Shown here: one piece after another, positions 13,396 to 25,200 of the stretch
Numbering within the stretch: the first letter of the stretch is position 1
Layout of the letters: each line of letters begins with the position of its first letter
Origin: Moniliella sp. 'wahieum'
Taxonomy: Eukaryota
Direction of reading: 5' to 3'
Assembly: GCA_003971905.1 (NCBI GenBank)
Contig: RSEE01000039.1
Location: 248,001 to 312,000, forward strand
DNA: 64,000 nucleotides
Program-made: the position numbers and the translations under genes
The notes under the pieces: model-generated
What the model was told of the DNA's origin: nothing
What the model saw: the letters and a program-made list of their open reading frames with translations, nothing else
The model's database searches: none

Positions 13396-13403
13396 AACCC
13401 TAA
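13396..13403 (+). promoter_or_regulatory. Telobox/Tbf1-type site AACCCTAA upstream of RPS20
   Basis: Exact AACCCTAA about 115 bp upstream of the ATG, in the same orientation relative to the gene as at RPP2. Confidence 0.45.
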
Positions 13404-13515
13404 TGAAAATGCGCCGCAGCTTTTGCCGGCCTGTCAAAGTGGGATGCTGGCGCGATGTTCTACCCCCACCCACCAGCTTTTCCTGATCGTCTTCTTGGTC
13501 ACCGCTGATTCCGAC

Positions 13516-13941
13516 ATGAGTTACGTCGCCAAGGACCCCAAGGGCGATGCCCAGACCCAGGCTCAGAAGCACAAGATTCGCATCACGCTGACCAGCCGCA
13601 ACCTCAAGAACCTCGAGAAGGGTACGTCTCGCCTCCTTTGGTGCCACGTGAAATACTACCCAGTAACACTAACACCTTGCTTTTAGTTTGCACGGACCTT
13701 GTTACGCGCTCCAAGGACAAGGGCCTGCCCGTTAAGGGCCCCGTCCGTCTCCCCACGAAGGTTCTTTCGCACGTTGTGCGCAAGTCGCCCTGTGGTGAGG
13801 GCTCCAAGACCTGGGACCACTTCGAGATGAAGATTCACAAGCGTCTGATTGATCTCCGGCACGTCGGAGGATGTCCGCCTCATCACCCGCTTCAACCTGG
13901 AACCCGGCGTTGAGGTTGAGGTCACCATCATCGACGCCTAA
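13516..13941 (+). CDS. RPS20: 40S ribosomal protein S20 (uS10)
   Basis: [17 protein letters not shown], intron 13622-13686, KGPVRLPTK...[26 protein letters not shown], apparent small deletion near 13857, then [13 protein letters not shown]. Confidence 0.96.
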
Positions 13942-14884
13942 ATGGTGAGTTGCGCCCCGGTCGCTACCCTGCGACCTCAAGACCTCGGGCTTTAGCAAAA
14001 CGCCAACAGTTTCTTTCAGTTGTAAACTATGCGAGACAGCAATCACCCCGAAGTCTGAGCCAGCGCTCAGGTTGAGCGCTCGTTGAGCGGGCACTTCTGA
14101 ACTCGGTCCCTCAAAATTCATCGTTGCGATGCTTATTGTATGCGCCTACCGCTCAGCCTCCACAGTCTCCCACGTACACGTGTGAACGTAGTTTCTGGAA
14201 TGTCAAATCGAAGAGTGTTACTAACGCGCTGTCGGATAACGCGCTCGATCCATAACGAAAGTCCGACTAGTTCCGTGGTGGAAATTAGTTGGAAATTTGC
14301 TCTCCGTTGCCACACAGCCTGGCTGTTCGCCTTAGGTACTCGCGAGCGATTTCATCTCCGTCGCTCCCAAAGCCCCGTCGGACAGCAACCCCTGGACGAT
14401 GTCACCCCATTTGTCTTGTTGGCGACATCATTCTATAGTGTGGCTTTCGCTCGGTTTCCTCAAAACGACCTTCTCCATGGTATAGTGCACGGGCCAGTCT
14501 TCGGCTCTCAACTCACAATCATAACAGCTTCCACCTCGCGCCTCACCGGATTCACCTCACACGTCAACAATCGCTCCTCGAGTGCATGCCATCGTTGGGA
14601 CAATACGTTAGTACTGTCGCCTGGTGTTGCTATTAGTGGAGGCGAGGCAAACGATGAAATGTGGGGTTGCACAGCTCTTCGCGGATGATTGTCCGTGGGC
14701 GGAGATTCTCGTCGTGATGTGTAGAGCAACTATTAAGGGGTACTTCTTGGCTCGCTCCGGCAGTTGGCTGGAGCATAAAAGACAGCAGAATCCTTTCCTC
14801 TCTTCCCACCACACCTGTACGCAGTTACGCCACCACCACCCCCGCCTCCTACGTCTCTTTTCTTTTCTCCCACTCTACCACACC

Positions 14885-15271
14885 ATGGGTTTCTTCGGCC
14901 AAGACCACTACGACACCGTCAACAACTACGACGGATCGGACGAGCACAAGGCCAAGCTCTCCCACGAAGTTTTGGGCGGTGCTGCCGCCTTTGCCGCTGC
15001 GAAGGGTACGTCTCGTTTCATGTGTACTAATAAGGAAAGCAAGACCTGACCAAAGCGCGGCACAGCGTATGAGGACCACAAGGCCACAAATGGCGAGCCC
15101 GAAGACCATGCCCATGCTAAAGAAATCCTTGCTGGTTTGGCTGGTGCTGGAGTCGATCGCCTTGCGGAGACCAAGGGCCTGGACTTCGTTGATCGGGAGA
15201 AGGCCAAGCGTCATGCTGAGGACCAGAGTTACCAGCAGTTGGATACAACTAAAGGAGCCTGCATGATATGA
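14885..15271 (+). CDS. CipC-like / DUF3759 small protein
   Basis: EHKAKLSHEVLGGAAAFAAAKA, intron 15006-15065, YEDH...HAHAKEILAGLAGAGVDRLAETKGLDFVDREKAKRHA. Confidence 0.88.
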
Positions 15272-16113
15272 AAGCCGGTGCCTGGATTCCCTCTGCAGAA
15301 AATGACACCCACTGCAGCATGAATGTCAACACATTTTACCACCATTAGTGACATGTGGCACTGGTTGCGTACTGTCCGAAGCTATTAGGCAAGCAATGAG
15401 GAAAGGCAGAGAGGGAAAAGCCGCAAGCATACGGACTACGGAGAGATGGGGGGCTATCGATGCGTTTCATGATGTGGATCAGAAACTGAGGAGCGTTACG
15501 GTGGACACCCTAGCCATCTTACAGAAAATGTAGGTGATTCTCTCTTCACCTATGGAGGTAGTCAGGTGTTGGAGAAGACCGGTGATGTGACTGGACGTGC
15601 TTTTCAATGGGTACATAGACATGCGTCCTTGGGCCTTGACGCGCGTTGCGCGTACTATATATATGCAGTCGCAGGTGAATGTATGGCGTGGCACACCATG
15701 AAGCAAACCCTCGCCCTTATATGCACCTGTGGCTACATCAAGTTGGGAAGAAGTGGATGACGACGTCAACGGACATTTTCATTGTGCGGTGTATATGTGA
15801 CAGGATGATAAGGTGCAGGCCATAACAGTGAGGTCATTGTCGCAGACCCAAAACGAGACCACAAAACATAACGCTGCTTGCCCACGGCAACAGCGAATAA
15901 GAAGAAAGAGGCCTCGTGGTGTATAGGGGGAGAAGAACCAGGAACCAACGTGAAACAAGAAAGAACGTACGAGACAGACTGGACAAAAGATCAGAACTTT
16001 CGGAGAAAAGCCGGAACAAGCGCATCAGAAAAGAGGGAAAGCCTCTCTTTGCTCCGGGCCGGGGAAAAGCATGGCCATAGTAGGGAGGTCGGGGCGCAGC
16101 ATGGAATGGGTTG

Positions 16114-18161
16114 CTAGACCCACGCGAGTGGGAGGTAATCAGGCCCAAAAGGGAGTGGTGCCATGTCCATGTCCATCAGCAATGGGTCGAGGTCGTGCTT
16201 GGACTTAGGCTAATTCGGGATGGGATGCGAGAGGCCAAGGTGGATCAAAGGGTTTGTTGTCATTCACCTCCTCTATCATGGGAGCGAACACCACGTCCGG
16301 TGGGACACCAAGAAAGGAAAGGCTCCGTCCGGCCATCTCCGGTGCCTCACTGCTTTCCTCAGGGGACGTTTGTAGACTAAGACCACTCGAGTCGGACGGG
16401 GTGGGGCTCAGGATACCGTCGGGATCAGCTGGCCGCCTGGAGACGGCGTTGCCTGCCATCAAAGGGGGTGTTGCCCCTGTCGACGGATCTTTGTGTCAAC
16501 ACCCTTCCCCCTTGGTGCTTCGTCGTCACCGCACCAGCAAAAATAATGTCCATCTCGGCCCGAATGGGGTGAGCCGTTTTGGGCAGGGGAGTCAGCTGGA
16601 CTTGGAGGAGGCAAGTTGACGAAGGTAGACTTGGTGCCAATTGCATCGGCTGATCTGGAAAGGGCAAAGATAGAAAAATTAGTGGGTCAGCACGATCTTA
16701 TACCCATAGGTTGGGTTGGAGAGAGAGATAGGTTGCGAGACGTAGCAAGGACAAACATTCAATAAAAAAAACGACGACGAAGGAAGAAAGGGGGGGATGC
16801 TTACAGTTGCTGTGGCGGACAATGAGCTAGAGAGGCTCTTCCGTTGCAGATGGATGTGCCCAACCGGTCAACAGACCACTATTGAATCCCAGATCCGGTT
16901 GGTTGGGGCCCATCAGGGGAAGTGGTTGTGTTGGTGCTACGGTTGTCGAAAGCGGGGGGCCAAACTGCAAACCCAGTACAGTAGAAGAAGGTGCAGCCGT
17001 CGCCATCTCGGGCGAGGGAATGGCTGTAGTTGGCAAAGGTGCTGATCCGGGCATCATTGGCGAGGTGACCATAGGAGGCATAAACATGTTGCACCCCAGT
17101 GTGTGTTCATCGAGAAGCTCAAGTCCAGGGGGGCAATGGTGTGGGCCAGCGCTATTGATCAAGGGACGGGAAACGGACATACTCGACTCGCGACTGGAAC
17201 CAGGAGACCGTGAAGACCCGGTCTGTCGCACTTTTCGGTTCTTCCTCGTCGACCCTCCTGTCATAGAAGCCTGGGTTGTGGTTGTCGTAGGCCGATGAGA
17301 GGCGTCAATGTGGCCGGGCTGGGCACGAACGACGACAGCCTTCTTCCCTGTGCGCCACTCTGCCAGAGCCTCCGGGTTAAGAGTCCACCAGGACCCCTTA
17401 CCCGGCACATGGGACGGTCGCGGAATCTTGGTAAACACTGCGTTTTGATGGACAGCGTTGACTTGATCCGGTTTTTAACTTTACCCTGGACGAGAAAGGA
17501 AAGAGGTTGTTAATTAGTCGACCTAATACTGCCCCAAAAGGAGAAGACGATGAAACGGTACATACCTCCCAATCTTTACCCACAGCCCATTCGCGAATCT
17601 CAGGAAAGAGCTGGCACATGCGTAGGAAGAGATCCTGGACCACCATGTGCGGTTCGGCGAGCTTGCGAGAGTCTGGCAAATCATGTCGCACCAGTTCAGC
17701 CGAGTACCAACAAGCGTGCCCGTGGGTTCATGAGGGGCCGAGGTGGTGCAGAAGCAAGAAGCTGCTGGGGAGGTGGCGGAAGAGGCGAGAGGAAAGGTTG
17801 GCAACATGCATGCAGGTGATTGCATGAGGAACGGAGGCGTAATGAGGCGCTGCCCTGACGGTGCATTGTTTATTGTTGGACCGATGACAGAGGGCAAACC
17901 AGGGGCAGTCCAGTCGGTGTGAAGGGGTGGGAGCTTGGGGGAGGCGCAACATCGAACGAGGCAGCGCGAGCGGGCGCCAAGGGAGCCGAGGAAGGCGAGA
18001 GGAACGTTGTACCAGAGGAGAGAGGCAGCGAGGGGCAAGTACTGGCTGCGAGCTGTCATACTGGTAGATGGTGAATGGAGGGGTACGCTCGCCTGACTGA
18101 AGAGGGAGGGCTCGGGTAGAGGAGCAGCCGCAGTCGCGGAAGCAAAATCAGACGAAGTCAT
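16114..18161 (-). CDS. Forkhead/winged-helix transcription factor (divergent)
   Basis: RLNWCDMICQTLASSP...LFPEIREWAVGKDWE, intron 17486-17565, GKVKNRIKSTLSIK...FTKIPRPSHVPGKGSWWTLNP. Low-complexity flanks and a second intron at about 16655-16805. Both ends are approximate. Confidence 0.75.
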
Positions 18162-18197
18162 GATTGGAAGAACGGTCAAGGGAGTATGACTACTAGG

Positions 18198-19795
18198 GGT
18201 AACCGGTAACCCGTAATGGGACAAGAAAGGGCTAAGCGGGGTAAGTGACGGTTTGCGGTGGGTAGGGACGTGGTGGATCGAGCGGATGGATATGGGGGAT
18301 GACCAGATGACCAGTAGCTAGTAGCTAGTGGCTAGTGACTAGTCGTAAGCACCAGACAGTTAAGCGCTACGCTAGGGAGCGAGGTGCACGGGCTCAGGTG
18401 ACCGGTGACCGATCAGTCCGATGAGTCAGATTGCTGGTACTAAGTACGAACTAGTACGGGGTTCAGAATGGGGTTGACTAGTGAGGCCTGAGGGCGGGGT
18501 ACGGGGGTGGTGGATGTTTGGACGCAAGTGGGATGGACTCAAACTGAGAGAAGAGGGAGGCGATATTGAAGGGCCTGATGAGGTAGAGGGAATACGAGGC
18601 CTGAGGTTCAGGACAGGAGAATCGACTCGAGACCTGCCGAGAGGAGAGGGGAGCAAGCCGATGAAGAAGCACAGACGTCGGTGAGGTGGTGGCAGGGAGC
18701 CTTGCCAGTGCCGATCTCCAGGACGGGCATCCCTTTTTGGTCCAAGGGCGTCGTTTGTCGTCTCAGACGTCCGATGGACCCCTCCAACTTGAGGCGCTCA
18801 GGCGCTCAAGTGTACTGCTGCCTGGCCACCGCAAGACCGAGGTCACCTGGGTCACCCGGTCACCATCACGCCAGTCACCGGTCACGACTGCATGGATACG
18901 CCGATTACGTCGATTATGCAGGGTCCTGTGTACCTATGTACAGCTGGTACTTCTGCCGTTAAGCAGGTTAAACGTGAAGCGTTAACCGTGTTGTGCAGGA
19001 GCCGCTGCAGAAGAGAAGCGAGCACCTCGGCAAGAGGCTGGCCATGTGCTGGTGCGCGGGGCTTGCGGTGCCAAGCGGTGCCTGCCCGCTGGTGCTGGGC
19101 ATGTGCGGATGTCTCAACGGGGCAGCTGTGCACGCCGCACTCAGACATGCATCCAGCCCCGTGCTAGTGCGGCGCCGCGGGGCCGGCTCCTGCGTACTCC
19201 AGGACGCTGGACGGCGCTCAGCTGAGCGCTGACGCTGACGGCTGATGCGCTGATAATGATTGGCGCTACGCCCAAGCGCACTACCTGCGCCGAGTTACGG
19301 TAGGCTACGCGTTACGCAGTTGCGGTTAACGTTACGCGTTACGCCTGGTTACCGGTTACGCGTTACGCCTGGTTACCGGTTATGCGTTACGCGTTACGCG
19401 TTACGCGTTACGGTTCTATAGTTAACGTTTAACTACTGTTGCACGTTAGACGTTAGATTCCGCCACCTCTCTCTCACATGTCACGCATGTCACATGCTGC
19501 AGTTTCCTTTTTTCCATACCGAAATCACCTTCCGGCCGCAGGCGGTTTCGGCTTGCCTGGCTCCCAGGGCCTAACCTAAGGCTTAAGGCCAGGCCGTACG
19601 TGCCCTTCTCCGCTCTGCCCCTATGCTCTACCCTCTGCTTTGTCTGGAGGGAGTCTCCCCAACAGTCTCCTGTTCTCTCCCCGATGGACGTAGTCCAGCT
19701 GTGCCTCCCAAACCTACGTACCCTATAGTGATCCGTACAGTAGCCTCTATTAGTAGCTAAAATAGTAGCTAGTAGCGTGTATTAGCGCTTAGCCA
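18198..19795. repeat. Extended palindromic heptamer field upstream of the forkhead gene (part 1)
   Basis: (GGTAACC)2 18198, (AGTAGCT)n grading into AGTGACT 18313-18343, (GGTGACC)2 18397, GGTCACC x3 18841-18864, GCTCAGCTGAGC 19216, (CGTTACG)n/GGTTACC 19307-19412, TGTCACA near 19489, CCTAAGG 19575. Confidence 0.9.
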
Positions 19796-20014
19796 CAAGC
19801 TGCAAGCCACATGGGCGACAAACGTATGCGCCCTCCCACCCCCACCACAGGGATCCAATTGCTATAGCAGTCTATTTTGCCAAAATAAGATGATTCTCGC
19901 TCGTGACGCGTGATGATAAAAAAGAAAGCGTAACGTTTTCTGAGCAGGTCCCTCCAGTACACCCCCTGCCCTTCCCCCACTGGCCAACCAAAACTTGCGA
20001 AATGGAATGATTAA

Positions 20015-20855
20015 TGATGCAGGACGCAGGATGCAGGATGCAGGAATGGTCTTATGCCTGGTAGTAGCGGCTAAGCGCTAAGGCTTAGCGCTGAGGCTCA
20101 GCGCATGGCTCCTGCACATGCATCATGCACTCATGCTGCGCTATGTGCTGCTATAGAGCGCATATAGTCGGCCTTGTAAGCGTTACATGTTAGGTCTGAG
20201 ATCGATGAGGTCATGAGATCATGTCACATGTCACATGCTCATCTTATCGATCATCGCACACGCCCACATGCCAAGTCCTGAGACCTCAGGCCTTGAGGCC
20301 TGAGGCCTGAGGCTTGAAGCTTGAAGCTTGAAGAGCTTGAAGCTTGAAGCGTGAAGCTTGAGGAGCTTGAGGCCAGCCCCAGGCCTGGGCCTGAGGCCTG
20401 AATATTGAATATTGAATGTTGAACGTACCTGAACTTCCTGGACCTTCCACACCCTTGCCCGGCCCAAGTCCTGCATCGAGCACGCTCAGGCTGTCAGGCC
20501 AGTCTGCTCAGTCGCTCACAAGCTCTCAGATCTCGAGGCGCGATCGTATTCAACAGATGCACGGATCTCAGATTCAGATCGAAGAGTGATCTCGAATACA
20601 TATACTGAGTGTACTGAGTTACTATTACTGAAGCTTGAAGCTTGAAGCGTGAAGAGCTTCCGCTCCAGCAATGGAGTTGAGTGGTTGAGCGCGTTGGTTG
20701 AGCGCTGAGGGTGGTATTAGACTGAGTGCTCAAAGTGGCAAGAAGGCGAGCGATTTTTTTGGTGTAAAAAATCTTATTATTAACAACAATCTTAACGATC
20801 TTAACGATCTTAACGATCTTAAGGTCAAAACGTTTAACGTTTAACGTTTAACGCG
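20015..20855. repeat. Extended palindromic heptamer field (part 2)
   Basis: (GATGCAG)n near 20020, GCTAAGC/GCTTAGC/GCTCAGC 20070-20102, (TGTCACA)2 20222, CCTGAGG>CTTGAAG>ATTGAAT>GTTGAAC array 20292-20426, (CTTGAAG)2 20634, (ATCTTAACG)4 20789-20824, (GTTTAAC)3 20832-20852. Confidence 0.92.
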
Positions 20856-23240
20856 TTTATCGTTTTTTAACGCCTTCCAACGCAAGCATACCTTTGCTGT
20901 ATTATTGCTGCAAGGCCTTGTCCCAGCGTCACATTGCCTTCAAGTTTGGCGCGTTGCAAGAGGTCTTGCGAGAGCCAATCCTCAAGTTTGTGCGCTAAGC
21001 TTTTGTGTGCTCCGCTGTGCGGAATATACTCATGCTCACAATGAGCCCGTTGTGGAAAAAGAACAGAAAGCGCGGTGTTGGGGGGGGGAGCAGAGCAAAA
21101 GGCATACGGATTGCCGAGATGTGATAGGGTCGGATGTTTGCTGTGGCAAAGATGTAGGAGTGCACATATAATACTTGTGAGGGACTCTAATAGTACAGAG
21201 GATGAGGCCAAGGTTGAGTACCGGAATGTGACACACGAGAGGAGAGATGACGACACCGGGGTGCAATGGACTGTTTGGAGAAGAAACTGCATCGATTGTG
21301 GAGCAAGCGGAATGCGGCAAAAATGCCCAAGTATAACAGGAACGCAATCAATAGTCGATCTTCGTCCTTTGCCGAGACAAGACGCGGGTACTGTATTTTA
21401 GCAGGACTGTATACCAAAACACGTTGTTTGAGAGTATAGAGAAAGAAACTTACTGTACATTCTCATTGGAGATAAGATGGTTCATCTGAACTCTGAACGT
21501 TCACATGTACTTACCACTCTACTACTCTCATTGTATCCGCGAGCGCTACATTCCGTTTGGAAGGGGATGGCGAAACCGAAAGGTGCTGGCCTGCTGGCAA
21601 CATAACACTTTGCCTTCACCATGAATATTACTATACAGTCCTTAGTTACTGCTAGATAAAAAGGAAAGACCTTGTTCATTCGCATCAGCTCCAGAACTAT
21701 CTGTTCCCACATCTCAGCCTTCTTTTTCTTTTTCCTCTCGATGTATATACTATCTCTGGTGGGCTACCTCTGGTGGGTAGTACATGGACGTAAATAGGTG
21801 AATGTATAGATGTATAGATTGTTTCTTCTCCTTTTCCATTCTCATCCTTCTTATGCCTCTCGTGACACATCTTTTTACTCACCCCACCTAGAACAACCCG
21901 ATTAATCCGTTGTCAATGTGATCGGTACGAGCACCCCACATGACTCTCTGCTTTATTGATGGGTCTATTGCCACAGCGGATGTACACGGGAGCGATCAGG
22001 ACCCGACAATTGCCCTTGGGGATGATGAGTGGCGAAAGCAAGATGACATATACTGATACATGAACACTATTGGTGAGGATGATGAAGATGATCCTGAGAC
22101 TCTCAGTATAGGCACTGCGGCTTTTTGTTTTATTGGCCATTGCGATGAATGGGAGAAGAGAGGATCAGCCCGAAAGGTATGACTGGTCTTGCAATGCTGG
22201 CTGAGAAAACAGTTAATCTATACGAATGACTTTTTGGGGATCTGACGAATTGTGTGCCGGCGTCCTGTTTGGGGATGAGAGAGATTGCACCACTGCACCG
22301 TTGCAGTGAAAGGAGCGATCATTAGCAGACCTGTGCTGTAAGCTCACGGAAATGGATCTAGCTTCTCATTATAGCTGTGTGCATCGCATAGGATAGTTCA
22401 ATGATGGTATGGAATTGCCTTGAGTCCCTGCATAATCCGTGGAAACGGTAGGCACCAAGTCCATATAGGAAAAGATCACATAATCGATGATAATAGGTCA
22501 TGAGTCTGATCCCTTTATCCACAAGAGAGGCCCGTGGGCCCGAAAGACATGAGGCAAAGGTCCATCCCTAGTGTTCGAGCGACAGTAGTTAGCCACTGTT
22601 CTTCCCGAGAGTATTGTCCAGCAGAGACGAAAACAAACCTAGTCATTGCCATCTTCCTTACAGCCTTTGCAAGGGTGGTGAATCCGATCTTTCCCTCTAT
22701 ACTAATAGTACTACTAGCATGAACTTCATGTTTCGCGTCTCTTTTTCCCACTTACCGATCATACCTTGAACATTGAGAACTGTCGCATTACCACCTGTCT
22801 TGATTCGGTTCATGAGCTCAGAACCAAAGAGGAAATACTTGCTTCGCCTCTGGAGAGCCTGCGATCCCACGAGACACCAAAATCCTACCAGCCTTAGGCC
22901 TTGCACCTTTTGGTCTACTCGTGCAAAAAAAGATGCGGCACCGGTAATCAGTGCTGCTGCGCAAGACCCCACTCAAAAGGCAGAACAATTTCTCTTTTCC
23001 AACACTGTCGGCCACGAGAGAGGGCGCTTCTATGCAATTATCCGATCAATTGTGTACCGCTTTTCAGCGCTTATCATTGGCGTTTGGTCTGGGTCATGGA
23101 GGATCTTCCATGGATGGAGGCCCATAGAGTTTTCCGGGGGAACAGGCCCGTGCGAGGTCGACAGAATCAGGAGACAAAGAATCCTAGATGACAATGAGAA
23201 AGTGTGGTTGCTGTGATATATGATGAGGGCAGTTGGACTG

Positions 23241-23940
23241 CTACGAATGGGACAAGGGGAAGCCGGAATCAATGGGAAAGGGGACAAGACTGGTCGACCT
23301 ACTTGGTCCCATTCTTGGTGGAGGAGTTCTGCTTTTGTACCCGGCGTTGGCCCAGGATGTCCGACTCGCTCTCCATCGGAGCCGGGGACCCCCAGGGAGT
23401 GGTACGAGGAACGCCAGGTGTAGGATCAAAGGGAGAAACTGACCGCCCTCCAGTCGGTCCTGAGTACGTGTGGGCCGCAAGGGATGCCTCCTCACCCGGG
23501 GCTCGAGGAGAGGCGTGGATATGACCCTGATGCTCCCACAGATTCGTACCATCCACAGTAAAGACCCCGGCAGGTGAGTCCCACTGCGCTGCTACCCCCT
23601 GGCGGCCCGACTTGCTCTTGGCGCCACCGCCAAAGGCCCAGTCATCCGTGTCATCCTGACGCAGCGGATCATTGTATGCGGTAGCGAACATACCGGTGAC
23701 GGAGTGGATCGGCGCACCAGAGAAGGTATTGGCACCGAGAGGGATCCCTGCCCCGAGCCAAGGCGCGTCCGACGTGGCTTCGTCTTGCCCTGATCCACCT
23801 TGGCTGCCCGCCGCGCCGGATGCGGGTCCGCGTACCACAGGCGATGTGTGAAGAAGGTTGCTGCGCACTTGGGATAGCGCACGCTGGGCATGCGCCTGAG
23901 CGGAGGAGAACGTGGCAACGTGCCGCAGTGCCAATGCCAT
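23241..23940 (-). CDS. Hypothetical protein with a mitochondrial presequence-like N-terminus
   Basis: MALALRHVATFSSAQAHAQRALSQVRSNLLHTSPVVR is Arg/Ala/Ser-rich, has no acidic residues and contains an R-x-x-LHTS-like cleavage motif. It is divergent from SEC22. The C-terminus is uncertain (23241 or 23299). Confidence 0.5.
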
Positions 23941-24218
23941 CTTGGCCGACGTGGGGGTAGAGGCGAGGTGGAAGCAGGACGACCGATAAACGAGCCTGCG
24001 CGGCCAGCATAAACCCATGGGGCATCCGGGGGCCCCAATTGCCACCTGGCGATAGCTGGTTTGGGACAGGGTGAAATTTGAGATGTGAGACGTTACCTAA
24101 TCTCCCAGCCCCGCGGCGCCCCCAACGCCCCCCAGTCCGCGCTTCACAGTCCACGGGCCAGGCGCGACGTGGAAGCGGCACCCACACACCATTGCCGCCT
24201 CCTCTCCCCTGTCCTGGC

Positions 24219-24967
24219 ATGGTGCGTGGTACGCTCATCGCGCGTGTCAGCGACGGCCTCCCGCTTGCGCAGAGCAGTGATGACCAGAACTCGGCCCAGC
24301 TCGCCGAGTACGCGGCCCAGGCCAAGCTTGTCGTTCGCCGCCTTGGTCCCGGGAGCGAGCCTCGGTGCAGCATCGAAAGCGGTGCCATGACCCTTCATTA
24401 CCTTGTCCGTCCTCCTGCTCCCGACCCAGCGGCGGTAGTATATGTGGCCATCTGCGAAAAATCGTATCCGCGCAAGCTGGCCTTCGCCTACCTCGAGGAA
24501 CTGGCTGTCGAGTTTGGCCAGTCGCATGGACCCCAAGTGGCCCAGCGCACCCTTCGACCGTATGCGTTTGTCGCGTTTGACACATTTATCCAACGCACCA
24601 CCCGACTCTATGCCGATGCCCGCACCGCCCAATCGGCCAAGTCGAGCAACCTGGACAAACTCAACGAGGACCTGGCCGATGTAACACGCATCATGACCAA
24701 AAACATGGAGGACCTTCTCTGGCGCGGGACAGTTTGGATCAAATGTCCACCATGTCGAGCTCACTCCGGGATGAGTCGCTGAGGTATCGGAGATCGGCAC
24801 GCAAAATCAACATTGATGCTATGATCCGCAAATGGGCCCCGTACGTAACCCTTTGGGCTTAGGCTGGTGGGAGCGTGACCTGCGTCATACTAACACTTCT
24901 TCTTTCGGTCAGGGTGGGTGCTATTGGGGTTCTGTTTGTGTTTATTGTGTACATCAAGTTCTTCTAA
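24219..24967 (+). CDS. SEC22: R-SNARE Sec22 (longin + SNARE + TM)
   Basis: TLIARVSDGLPLAQS, CEKSYPRKLAFAYLEEL, RPYAFVAFDTFIQ, VTRIMTKNMEDLLWRG. 1-bp deletion near 24728, intron 24841-24912, C-terminal TM VGAIGVLFVFIVYIKFF*. Confidence 0.96.
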
Positions 24968-25200
24968 CTGCATGTCTTTGACCGAACTCAGTTGACGGCA
25001 CCGTCGAGTTTGGTCGGTCTCCGCCGTAACATGGCTCTCACTACCTATCCAAAAACACCGTCGAACCGTCCTGTCTGCCACTACGGAGGCGCACACGGCT
25101 TCCCAACCTGTCCTGCATTGTGCTGGTAGAGATGATAATATGCACCCGGGATAGGAGAGGGAACCTAGACCTGGATCCTTTGGTGCATTAGCAAGAACAA

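Noticed and set aside
18198..20855. Heptamer arrays as a CRISPR array, telomere or restriction-site polylinker contamination
   Set aside because: There is no constant repeat with unique spacers and no TTAGGG run. The units are degenerate, differ between loci and are embedded in native promoters with no vector sequence.
20867..23216. ORFs of 60-147 aa on both strands
   Set aside because: No motifs, atypical codon use and many non-ATG starts; a fragmented gene cannot be excluded.
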